Source: Eledone cirrhosa (taxonomy: Eukaryota). Taken from it: a DNA stretch of 64,000 bases. Shown here in pieces: positions 37,049-49,003 of this stretch. The stretch spans positions 92,380,001 to 92,444,000 of the forward strand of contig OZ024747.1 in the NCBI GenBank assembly GCA_964016885.1. The letters are read 5' to 3'. A model generated the notes under the pieces. It was not told the DNA's origin. It searched no databases and saw nothing but the letters and a program-made list of their open reading frames with translations. Every line of letters starts with the position of its first letter. Within the stretch, counting starts at the first letter, position 1. The position numbers were made by a program, and so were the translations under genes.

Positions 37049-38478
37049 CTAAGAAAACAAAAAAAATGTAATTAAATCAGTTTACTGGAAAATGTGAATG
37101 TTTTAAATGGGAGGAAATAAAATTACACAATGTCATATTTTATTCTAAAAAGAAAAAAGAACTCCTTTGGTCATGAAGGACGATGGGTTTGCACCTAGAA
37201 AGTCCTTCGGAGGCACAGTGTTTTTGTAGAAGACCAACAGTCACCCATGCATACCAGTCTCCCCTCTCCATGCCACAGATGTTGTCCAAGGGAAAGGCAA
37301 AGACCGATATAGTTTGGCATCAGTGACATCGCATCTCATTTCTACAGTTGAGTGAACTGGAGCAATGTGAAATAAAGTGTCTTGTTCAAAATCACAATGC
37401 ATCACTCAATCTAGGAATCAAACTCACAACCTCTCTCACCATTAAGCCATGTGTCTTCACATACTTAATACTACAGAAAATCTTATTACCAAACTTTAAT
37501 AAATCAAAACATGTTTCCTAATATCTAACATAAATACTACTCCAAATATTGTTTAAAATGTAGAACAATAGAAATAATATTTTTTATAATGACTTAATCA
37601 GAGGTAGAAGGGCAGCGTGCATGATCCTCTCTAGGACTTCCATGACATATGGAAATAAAACATCTTCAAAGTGGAGATCTGGCCCCAAATGACTGCAGGC
37701 AAAATATAGAAGGAAATTCATGCAAAGTAAGAAGAAAAAAAACTGGACTGAGAAAGAAAGGTTATTTATAAATTGACAATAATGGCAGACTTATAGTCAC
37801 TCAACAGACAACCAAAATTCTTGATAAATAACCTTCTTAACCCTTTAATGACCATATTTCTAATGAAATACACTCTATTTTAATTAATTAAGGAAGAATT
37901 TCAAGAGATTTACTAAAATTATTAATTATTCATTACTAAGATAGTAACTTAATGTAAGGTTCTTATATCAAATTATGTTGGAAGATATTAATTTAAATCG
38001 GAAACCTTTAAAATGGATGACTTTGTTTTGTAGAACCAGAGCTGGTTTTGGCCGGATTGGTAACTAAAGGATTAAATTTGTTCCCATTATTTTACTTTTA
38101 TTATTATCTGTTTATTCATTTATAAGGGCAGTGGATTAGTAGTATTGGTAGAGCATTGGACACCATGCTTCACGGCATAGAGTTATGTCTCATTACATTC
38201 TGAGTTCAAATCCCACTGAGGTTAGCTGTGCCTTTCATCTTTACGGGGTTGATACAATAAAGTACCAGTAATACACTGTCTGCTCCACAACAACCAAAGA
38301 GCCATATATGCTCTGATATGTTTGCATAATATATAAGCCTCTAAAATAAAAATACAATATCCCATCCACTTTGATTGAGATAGAGAAATATAAAGAGAAT
38401 CATATTATACTTTCAAATTTCTACCAGAAATATTGAAGTATTAATACTGACTTCCAATATAACAAAGTCTTTACTCAC

Positions 38479-38633
38479 CATTTTGTTTTTCACAGTAACT
38501 GCTGCTTTCACATAAGAGGCTTTGTGTCTACGACCCTCTATTATTAGCATTTTCTTCCTTCGGACCTTCTGAAGTATTGTTTTACACCAATTGGCACAAG
38601 GAGCATGCATCACGGAACCTCCTAAAGCAGGAT
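38479..38633 (-). CDS. PRKCSH-like gene, coding exon 4
   Basis: cag|(D)PALGG..PCANWCK..KNKM|gtgagt; 155 nt, phases consistent with neighbours. Confidence 0.85.
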
Positions 38634-38679
38634 CTGTAAGAACAGGCATAAAAACATATACTATATATATATCTTATAT

Positions 38680-38890
38680 AATGATTTCTACTATAGGCAC
38701 AAGGCCAACAATTTAAGGGGAGGTAAAAGTCAATTAAATCAACCCCAGTGCATTACTGGTGCTTTATTCTATCGACCCCGTAAGAATGAAAGGCAAAGCT
38801 AACACTGGTGGGATATGAACTCAGAAAGTAAAGGACCGTAACTCTATGCCGTGAAGCATTGTGTCCAACCCTCTACCGATACTGCCAATT
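38680..38890 (-). mobile_element. SINE family A
   Basis: Diverged copy; other copies at 14584-14730, 38126-38278, 39198-39391, 44699-44958, 49340-49535, 56150-56358, 59774-59921 and 60397-60574. Confidence 0.8.
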
Positions 38891-40514
38891 GTTTGTGTCT
38901 GTCCGTGTGTCAGTCTACTTAAGAGATGAATGAGTTGAAAAGAAGGAAGGGGTGGTGAATAAACTACAACAAAAACAATAAAGAGAGTTCCAAACTTGCT
39001 ATGCTCTGTGTGAATGCATATGTGTTTGTCTCAAAGTATGTGTATGTGTGTGTGTATATTTGTGTGGGTGTAAGTTTATGTGTGAGTATGTGTGTGTATT
39101 TTTGGGGGAGTTTGCACGTTTATATTTGCATACTCATATGTATAAATGGATGCATATGCACATACACACACACACATATACACATACATACATATATAAT
39201 AATTGTTTCTATTTTTGGCACAAGGACAGCAATTATCCCAGTACATTACTGGTACTTTATTTTATCGACCCCCGTAAGGAAGAAAGACAAAGTTAACCTC
39301 GGCAGGATTTGAACTAAGAAAGTAAAGGGGCGTAACTCTATGCTGCAAAACATGGCGTCCGACCCACTCCTGATACTGCCAATTCACTGCCTTCATACAT
39401 ATATAATAATAACTATTTAAAGGAAAAACAAATTTATCAAGCAATTATCATCTGTCGTCTGTCAGTCTACTAATTCAGCTCAAAAACTGCGTAGCGTTCA
39501 TATGTCTATGGAATACTCAGCCATATATATGTTAATTTCAGTCATTTCATTTGTCGATCAATTCAAAGATCTTTATTGAGAAAGACGAGACTTCCCAAAG
39601 ATGAGGTATAAGATTTGGCTACTCTTTCTAACACTGGGCAACCTCAAAGAGAATGCAAGTCATAGATATATATCAATATATATACACACACACACGCAAA
39701 CATACTTACACACACTCACAAATACACGCACAAACACACACACACACATTTGTAACGATCGTCTGCCAAGGCAACACAAATATTTTACTGGAGTTTCACA
39801 AAGTTTAGGTTTTCATTATCAATGTTTTATTATAAAGTTGTGAATGTAATTATGGCAAATACATTGATGTTTCATTGTCGTGTTCTATTAATTTATTTAC
39901 TTTGTTTGAGATATTTTTACCTAGTTGAGCGCCCAAGTAGGGACTTTGTGTCGTTTTGTATGTTTACAGATTTACTTCCCCTCGTCTGTAAAATTGATCT
40001 GATTTTGCACACCCGCAATTTTATTCCAGTGACCAGAGCAACAGTGCCATCAATAGTAGTGAATGTATTTAATTTTTAGAGACTAGGTTTGATATGTAGA
40101 ATTTACTAGGATTACTGGATACAGGAAGAACCATCTCGAAATTTAGAAATTCATATTTTCATAAATTAGTTACATAAGAGAAACCCTATAGTTTATGTTG
40201 ATTACTGACACAGAAATTATTAAAGGTGAAAATGATATTCTAATAATGTATTTCTAGAATATAATTACATAAATGTTCAGCATATATGGACAGATGACAT
40301 ACATGTCATGTATGTCATGTATGAATAACTTAGGAGAAATAACTTTTTACAGGGACAAATGTAGGATTAGAACCGAGGACCCTGTGATTGGAAAGTAAAA
40401 TACATGTATTTGTGTGTATAAATATACATTATAGTGTAATGAATGTATGGGTGTATATATATATATATATAAACACATATTATCTCAAGGAAGCCTGCTC
40501 AGTGCACTCTACAT

Positions 40515-40878
40515 GTGAATGGAGTTCCATTGAAGCAGGTGGAGAAGTTCAAGTATCTCGGGGCTGTGTTCACAAGTGATGGAAGGCAGGAGGAAGAATT
40601 AAATGCAAGAATTGCAGGAGCTGGTGCAGTAATGTGCCAGCTTCAGCATTCAATAATCAGAAGAAAGGAGGTAGGTGTAAAATCCAAACTCGCTATCTTC
40701 AATTCAGTATTAGTGCCAACCCTTACCTATAGTCATGAATCTAGAGTAATGACGGAAAGAATATGATCGTGAGTACAAGAGGCCGAAATGGGGTTCCTCC
40801 GAAGGGTCTTTGGAGTAATGTTACTCGATAGAGTGCATAGCTCAGAGATTAGAGAGTCACTCCATGGAGAGCCGCTAG
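40515..40878 (+). pseudogene. RTE-like LINE RT C-terminal fragment
   Basis: LKQVEKFKYLG, LVPTLTYSHES, EMGFLRRVFGV. Confidence 0.8.
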
Positions 40879-40945
40879 TATTTATATATATAATTCAAAT
40901 TAAAAATATATGTATATATCCATATATCATTAGAGAAACACACAG

Positions 40946-41270
40946 TCATCATCATTTCATTTTACGTCCACTTTTCCCTGCTTGCAAGGGTGGGACGGGA
41001 ACTGATTCTGGCTTGATTTCTACAGCTGGATGCCCTTCCTCATTTACAGTGAGTGCTGGCTGCTTTTTTGCCGTGGCACCTCCACGACCACTTTACAGTG
41101 GAGTGATAGGGACTGGTCCCTATCATCTCATTTCTACAGCTGAGTAAACTGGAGCAATGTGAAATAAAGTGCCTTGCTCAAGGAAACAACACATCACCCG
41201 GTCTGAGAATTGAACTCACAACCTTTCGATTGCAAGGCCAATGCTCTTACCACTAAGCCATGTGCCTCCA
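40946..41270 (-). mobile_element. SINE family B
   Basis: GGAGGCACATGGCTTAGTGG head and (ATG)n tail. Confidence 0.85.
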
Positions 41271-42125
41271 TAATACACACAGTATTTTGTACATATATAT
41301 AAAAAGCACATACTATTTAAGAAACAGAAAGAGGTGAGAGAATTCTGGCCTGATATGGCCGGTTTAAATGCTAAAGTGTTAAGGTACCATAATGAGACTT
41401 ATGTATGTTTATTATATATAAACATATTGTATATGTTTTCATATAAGCCTCTATTATGTTTATTATAATCTAGCTTTGTTTTCCATTGAAGATGGAACAA
41501 ACCTGTTGTACATCCATATAACAAAACCAAGAAGGAAACTCAGCCAGTGAGCAGCTGAAAACACTCTTTGTATTTCAAAGAGTCAATTTAGTGTTCAATA
41601 GAGTCCCATTCCAATAATACATTTAATACAGGATTTAATACATGCAAGCATGAAAATTAATTACATAAAATATAATTGAGAATCATCATCATCATCGTTT
41701 AACATCCATCTTCCACGCTAGCATGGGTTAGACGGTTTTGTTCCATTTGATGTGGGATTGGTCAGGAGACCGTGTCTCGCTCATACGGAAGTGTCTCTGG
41801 CAGGTTTGTTTTCTACGGCTGGATGTCCTTTCTAACACCAACCACTTTACAGTGTGGACTGGGTGCTTTTTGTTGTGTCACCGACACGGTGGATGGAAAT
41901 GGGAGGATGGGGTAGGGTGTGTGGGGTGGGGTGTATATTGGGTTAAGAGGTGCCTATTGACTGTAGATTTGTATGCAAGGGAAGGCGGGTCTTCTGTACA
42001 ACTACATAGCGTCAAAGATCTCGATCCAGTGACATTGTCTTAGAGAGGTGTAAGTGAGCAAGGTCACCTTGTCTCAGGTTTTTCTTGGTCTGCAATAGAG
42101 ATACAATAACAAATTTCACTATTAC

Positions 42126-42265
42126 CTTTAATTCGAATTTTATCAGGCAAAACTTCAGTTGACCATTCATCACTACCATCACAGCAATCACATATACCAT
42201 CTTGTACATGACTTGACCATGTAAACTGAGGTTTCAATCCTTCCAGCTGAAAAGTGCAATAAAAC
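42126..42265 (-). CDS. PRKCSH-like gene, coding exon 3 (second LDLa-like repeat)
   Basis: cag|FYC..SSHVQDGICDCCDGSDEW..|gtaata; 140 nt. Confidence 0.92.
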
Positions 42266-42518
42266 CTGTAGAAGAAAGTAAAACAATCTAAAGCAGGAAA
42301 TTCTTCATTAAGTTTTATATAAAAATAATCATCAACATCATTGTGATCTTTCTCGATCTGAGATGTTCTCCTACCTACTTCAATTGTTTGTCTTTTGTCT
42401 TCTAACTCTATTAGCTCTCAGGTGACTATGGAGAGCTAGATTTGATTGGAAAATTTGGTGGCATTCTCAGTTCAGAATAAGAGATGATCTTTGAAAGTTA
42501 TTTGTTAATATCCTTTAA

Positions 42519-42937
42519 CCCTTTAGCATTTACATTATTCTATATTTATTATTATATTTTCACAGTGAAGGCTTTACCTCACATAATATCAAAACTATGA
42601 GATTTTGATGTTATTTATTTTGAGAACAATACCTTAACATCAGTATGAGTGACAGGTTATGACTGGTTTGAACAGAAAGAGGTGAGAGAATTCCGGCCAG
42701 ATACAGCCGGTTTAAATGCTAAAGGGTTAAACCAGCTGTATCTGGCCAGAATTCTTTCATCTCTTTCTGTTCAAACTGATCATAACCAGCCGGTCATATT
42801 GATGTTGAGGTATTGTTCTCCAAATAAATAATATCAAAATCTTGTAGATTCGATAATATGTGAGATAATTATGTAAGATAAAGCCTTTACTGTGAAAATA
42901 CAATAGTTAAATATAGAGTAATGTAAATGTTAAAGGG
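42519..42937. mobile_element. Two adjacent, oppositely oriented piggyBac-like MITEs
   Basis: TIR CCCTTTAGCATTT with TTAA flanks; copies at 42519-42726 and 42731-42937. Confidence 0.8.
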
Positions 42938-43394
42938 TTAATCATGGCTAATCCAACATAGATGGTGTCTGATGGATCATTGCCTTAATGTTAGTCATTC
43001 CTGCTTGTTCTAAGACAGAGAGATATTGGTCTTCTTTTGCTCCCAATGAATACCAACAACAGAATGAACAAAGTTTTCATTCTTGAGACCATTCAAACTG
43101 TTTAAAGTGATCTTTGTCATCCATTAGGTGTAGGAAAAGGCCAAGAAGCACTAAAAGCTGCTACATTTGTTTTGTTTTCTGATCTGACCAAGGCCTTTGA
43201 CAGTCTATGCTGGGACCCACTATGGAAAATACTTGAGAAACTTGGCATCCCACCAAAATTTCTGGCAAGCTCTCACTCCCTTCATAACAATATGAAGTGT
43301 TTAATGCTTTCAAATGGATTAGCATCACCGTAGATTGAAGTCAAAAGTACAATTCAAATATTTTACAAGTAATGTTATAACAATACTATTATCA

Positions 43395-44189
43395 CCTTGA
43401 TCAGCTGGACCGACCAGTCTGTCGGCCGTCCATTCGGCACCGCTGGTCACAGCACGCCGTCCATTCTTCTCTGGATCGTGCTTTCCTCATCCATGTAGTC
43501 CCAATCGTATTCCTAAAATCGTAACTCCACCATCGTGGAGGCCTTCCGCGTGGTCATTTCTGCTCGCGCGGGTACCACTCGGCAACTGCACGGGTCCACC
43601 GATTATCGGTGAACCGGGCGATGTTTCCAGCCCATCTGAACTTGCTGTGCATATATTCCGTGATGACGTCCCTCACGCCGGACTTCTGTCTGATGACTTC
43701 GCTCCTGATGTGCTCTTTCAACGAGATTCCTAACATTGATCTCTCCATGGCTCTTTGAGCCATTACCAGCCTCTGCTCTTCTCTCTTCATTGTAGCCCAA
43801 GTTTCACTGCCATATAACATTGCAGGTAAAACTGTGCTATTGAAGAGGTTGGCGCGGGTGGTCTTGTCCAACCTCCCCTTGAACACATCCCTTATGCCGT
43901 TGAAGGCCTTCCATCCGGCCCTTACTCTCTGCAAGATCTCCCTCTCAATGTCTCGGAGCATGTTCACTTCTTGTCCTAGGTAGACGTATTCCTCCACCTC
44001 CTCTATTTCTTCACCGCCAACCACCATTCGACCTGTTGGTACATTGTCGGACCGCATGAACTTCGTTTTCATGCGGTTTATCTTGAGGCCTACTGCAGAG
44101 CTTTTGATGTCGAGCTCCGTCAGCATGGTCTGAAGCTGATCTGTGGTTTCAGCGATGAGTACGATGTCATCAGCGAAACGGAGGTGGGT
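43395..44189 (-). mobile_element. 5'-truncated RTE-clade LINE (relatively young, GC-rich)
   Basis: HLRFADDIVL..GLKINRMKTKFM..EYVYLGQ..LPAMLYGSETW..FRWAGNIAR; adjacent to an older RT relic (DLTKAFD, about 43180). Confidence 0.9.
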
Positions 44190-44585
44190 ACTATTATATA
44201 AGTTGATATGTATTTTTCAGCTAGTTCAATAAAAGACACTACCATAAGAAAAATATGCATATAACTTTGAATTTGTGATACTTTCTGTCAAAGTGTTTTT
44301 ATCAACTCTTTTGTTACTGTATTTCTAAAGAAATATACTACCTAAGATTTTTAAACCATTTTGAAAATAATTAAGATTTTGGAAGGACTTTGTAATATAA
44401 TGAACTTACTTATTATTATGCTTGTTTGCAGCATCACTTAACAAATGTTCATATATAAAATTATCATGGGAGGCTTTTAGATAAATATAAACACTTCAAA
44501 AATAACTTAGTATTGTAGAGGCAGGAGCAGTTTTATGTGGCTTGATGTCAAAAAAGTTAAAGACACAAATATTCGGAATGGTTAA

Positions 44586-45016
44586 CCCTTTAACATTTAA
44601 ACCGGCCACGTCTGGCCAGAATTTTCTCACCTCCTCCTGTTCAAACAGGCCATAACCAGCTGCTCATACTGACATTAAGGTATTGTTCTCAAAATAAATA
44701 ATTGTTTCTACTTTTTGGCACAAGGCCAGCAATTACCCAGTGCATTACTGGTACTTTATTTTATCAACCCCGTAAAGATGAAAGGTAAAGTTAACCTCGG
44801 CGGGATTTGAACTCAGAATGGCAAGGGCAGTAACTCTATGCGTCAAAGCATGGCGTCCGACCCTCTACCGATACTGCCAATCCACCGCCATAATTGTTTC
44901 TACTTTTGGCACAAGGCCAGCAATTACCCGGTGCATTACTGGTACTTTATTTTATCGATAAAGCCTTTACTGTGAAAATACAGTAGTAAATATAGAGTAA
45001 TGTAAATGGTAAAGGG
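44586..45016. mobile_element. piggyBac-like MITE interrupted by about 1.4 SINE-A copies
   Basis: TTAA-CCCTTT and AAAGGG-TTAA ends; SINE sequence at 44699-44958 inside. Confidence 0.8.
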
Positions 45017-45049
45017 TTAAATAGGTTAAATATAATTTAAATTACTTAC

Positions 45050-45141
45050 TTTGATAAATGACAAGCTGAAGTACCAGGTTCATCAGAGTTATCATTACAA
45101 TCACAGAAATCATCATTTAAATATTGGTATGGAATTTGTTG
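45050..45141 (-). CDS. PRKCSH-like gene, coding exon 2 (first LDLa-like repeat)
   Basis: cag|QQIPYQYLNDDFCDCNDNSDEPGTSAC..|gtaagt; 92 nt. Confidence 0.92.
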
Positions 45142-45215
45142 CTGAAATTAAAGTCCAAAATATTAATCTTTTTGTAATGGCAAATCATTCCAATAAACTT
45201 GAAGACTAGAACAAA

Positions 45216-45642
45216 TAGTATATCTTATATAGTTAAGAAATATAACATATCTTATATAGTATATCTTATATAGTTAAGAAATATAACATATCTTATATAG
45301 TATATCTTATATAGTTAAGAAATATAACATATCTTATATAGTATATCTTATATAGTTAAGAAATATAACATATCTTATATAGTATATCTTATATAGTTAA
45401 GAAATATAACATATCTTATATAGTATATCTTATATAGTTAAGAAATATAACATATCTTATATAGTATATCTTATATAGTTAAGAAATATAACATATCTTA
45501 TATAGTATATCTTATATAGTTAAGAAATATAACATATCTTATATAGTATATATTATATAGTTAAGAAATATAACATATCTTATATAGTATATCTTATATA
45601 GTTAAGAAATATAACATATCTTATTTAGTTAAGAAATATAAC
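45216..45642. repeat. 41-bp AT-rich minisatellite, about 10 units
   Basis: Unit TATAACATATCTTATATAGTATATCTTATATAGTTAAGAAA. Confidence 0.95.
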
Positions 45643-46475
45643 AATAAAGTGGTAAGAAACTGTCAGGAGAGCTGAACAGCAGAAGGTTTTCAGAGAAGAA
45701 ACCACCCCTCAAGTGAGTGTTTCAGCCCTTAACTTCTGAAACTTCAAGATTAGAACATATAGCACATCATATATAGTTAAGAAATATAACAATATATTAT
45801 AAAATAAATCTAAATACAAAGAAACCTATAAATCATCATCATCATCACGATTTGACGTCCATCTTTCCACACTAGCATGGGTAGGATGGGCTATCCCTTT
45901 GTGAGAGATCTGGTCGGAGGACTGCGCTCACTCAAACAGAACTGATTTTGGCTTGGTTTCTATGGCTGGATGCCCTTCTTAACGCCAACCACATTTAAAG
46001 GGTGGACTAGGTGCTTTTTGTCGTGACACCTACACGACCACTTTACAGTGTGGGCTGGGTGCTTTTTGTCGTGGGACTAATAATTAAATCTGTGGAAGAT
46101 TTAGAGAAGAAATTCCAAATGTGGAAACAAAACCTAGAATTGAAAAGGCTCCAGAGTAAACTTAATAAAGACTAAAATCTTATTAAGTAGGAAAGAAGAT
46201 ATGCCTAGGTCTGGGTAGTGTTTGGGCTATGCCCTACAGACTAATACTTGTTCAGCAACTTTTCTATTGAAACTACCAGTCATGGATGTCAAGTAGGTTT
46301 TATTAAGTTTTATACATACCACATCTGACTAGCTTTGAAAAGGTCAGATTGCCTCCAAATAATGTGTAAACATTGGATCTTATATTCACTAAAATACATA
46401 AAACCTAGTTCAAATAAGTTTTAGTTGAGAAAAGTTGTTGATCAGTAAAACAGAAAGAAAGAATTCATCATTTAA

Positions 46476-46696
46476 CCCTTTAGCATTTACATTATACTAT
46501 ATATAGTACTGTATTTTTGTGGTAAGGGGTTTATCTTACACAATTATCTCACATAATATCGAATCTGTAAAATTTTGATAGTATCTATTTTGAAAACAAT
46601 ATCTTAAAGTCAGTATAAGCAGCCAGTTAGAGCCAGTTTAAACAAAAAGAGGTGAGAGAATTCTGGTTGGATACAGCCAGTTTAAATGCTAAAGAG
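46476..46696. mobile_element. piggyBac-like MITE
   Basis: TTAA flanks and CCCTTTAGCATTT TIR; other copies at 47154-47343, 48290-48510, 49798-50018, 50344-50562, 51028-51235, 51713-51920 and 61331-61512. Confidence 0.8.
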
Positions 46697-47419
46697 TTAA
46701 AACCTGTTTTCCTGCTAGTAAAGGTTGAATGGGTTGTCATAGACCAAGTCAATACTTACTCAAAGCCACTAACCTCTCAGATAGGCTGAGGACAGGGGAT
46801 GAGGGGGGTCTTGCTTACATACATTCCATACTCTACATGTGTATTTTATTATGGCACCAACACTGAAGTGGTTGCCATGTCTTTGACACAACTGTAGAAT
46901 TCTCTCAACATTTGGGCAAGTTTTCTACAGTTGGATGTATTTCCTATCACCAACCATTGTAAAGAGCTTACTGACTGAGTTTTATCATGCACCAACACAA
47001 GTGAGGTTGTCATGCCATTGATACAACTGATGACTTGCTCGACTTTGTTTTGCTATTATATAACAGAATTCAATAAAACAGGATGAAAGCATATGTTAGT
47101 TCCAGTTTATGTACAATACAAAGAAACACAGTTACACTTAATTACAAGTTTAACTCTTTAGCATTTGCATTACTCGATATATACTATTGTATTTTTGCAA
47201 TAAATATTATCTCACGTAATCTCACGTTATCTATAAGATTTTGATATTATTTATTTTGAAAACAATACTTTATCATTGCTGGTTTGAACAGAAAGAGGTG
47301 AGAGAATTCTGACTGGGTACAGCTAGTTTAAATAATGCTAAAACAGCCTTTTATTTCTTTTGTTATTTATGTAAGACACTGAGATGATGCACGATTGAGT
47401 TGACTGGCAATATACTATA

Positions 47420-47748
47420 TAACAACACAGAACAGAGTTGAATGGGGATATGCCACAATACAATGACACAGGACTGAACTGACTGGGGATATGCCACAAT
47501 ACAGTGACAAAAGACTGAACTGACTGGGGATATGGCACAATACAGTGACAGAGGACCAAACTGACGGGATATGCCACAATACAATGACACAGGACTGAAC
47601 TGACTGGGGATATGCCACAATACAATGACACAGGACTGAACTGACTGGGGATATGCCACAATACAATACGACACAGAACTGAACTGACTGGGGATATCCC
47701 ACAATACAATGACACAGGACCAAACTGACTGGGGATACGCCACAATAC
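47420..47748. repeat. ~40-bp minisatellite, about 8 units
   Basis: Unit GGGGATATGCCACAATACAATGACACAGGACTGAACTGACT. Confidence 0.9.
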
Positions 47749-48688
47749 AAAACCTGTCCATCAGTACCAGCACTGCAACACTAAAAGTAAACATGGTGAG
47801 AGACCAGAGGCTACAGTGTTTGGCAAACGAACAGAGAACTCTTCAGTCTGATAAAACCTATGACAACCTTTCTAGTACTGATGAAATGATAAAATGCACC
47901 TAGTACACCCTGTAAAGTGTTTGTGTTAGTGCCACAATGATATACACCCAATACACTCTGTAAGGTTTTTGGCATTAGGAATAGCATCTAACCATAGAAA
48001 ACATTCTAAATATTGAATGTATGAGCAAAATGAGGTTGTATCAACCTATCTGGTCTCAGATGCCAGCATGAAAAACACATATCATGATTTCATTCAGTGT
48101 GACCAAGAGGGTGAATAGGAAGGCAATAGATACATAAATATCAGGTTGAACTTTTGAAAGAAGCAAGGGTATGATGGAATAAATAGAGTGATTGAGGTGG
48201 GAGGTTTCGTTGTTTAGTTCCTTGTTAACCATTTTCAAACAGATCTCTGATTAAAGGTGTTCCCTTAGTCAATATAACATCTTATTTAACCCTTTAGCAT
48301 TTAAACCAGCCGTATGTGGCCAGAATTCTCTCACTTCTTTCTGTTCAAACCAGCTGTAACTAGTTGCTCATACTGATTTTAAGATATTGTTCTCAAAATA
48401 AATAATATCAAAATGTCATAGATTTGATATTATGTGAGATAATTATGTGAGGTACAGCCTTTACCATGAAAATATAGTAGTAAATATAGAGTAATGTGAG
48501 TGCTAAAGGGTTAAACATGTTGGCAGAGTAATGGATGGGAGACAGTGATAACAGGCTTATATCTGCTGATAAGAGAGAGTTGATGATGTATAGTAACGGA
48601 ACTGAACAATATACATACATGCATTAGAAAATGTGATGTACGTGAATGTGATGTGTTTTTTAATATTACAGAAGTTAAAGCAACTTAC

Positions 48689-49003
48689 CTTAGCATGTAG
48701 ACATTGAAACGTGTCGTTCTTTGTTGGAAGATAAAGGTGCATTTTATCGAGAAATACACCCCTTATTAAAGTTTTTGGGTTCTGTCTAGATTGCTGTATC
48801 CTTGCAACAACTAAGAAATCTGGCATTTCAGGCAATTGATCCTGTAATATTTCCTCTTTGACATGATGGTCTAATGAAAACGAGTCGCTATTTACTGCAT
48901 CTAGTTTGGTCATGGAATAGTAGAGGAACAGTATGTATAAACTAGCTGTCATCCCCAGCAGCAAGAGAAGAACCCGATATTTACTCCAAAATACTCTCTT
49001 CAT
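48689..49003 (-). CDS. PRKCSH/glucosidase II beta-like gene, coding exon 1 (signal-anchor, stem, start of Cys-rich region)
   Basis: MKRVFWSKYR-VLLLLLGMTASLYILFLYY..IRGV..HLY..FQCLHAK|gtaagt; in-frame stop upstream; acceptor before 49054; six exons splice to 1038 nt (345 aa). Confidence 0.88.
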
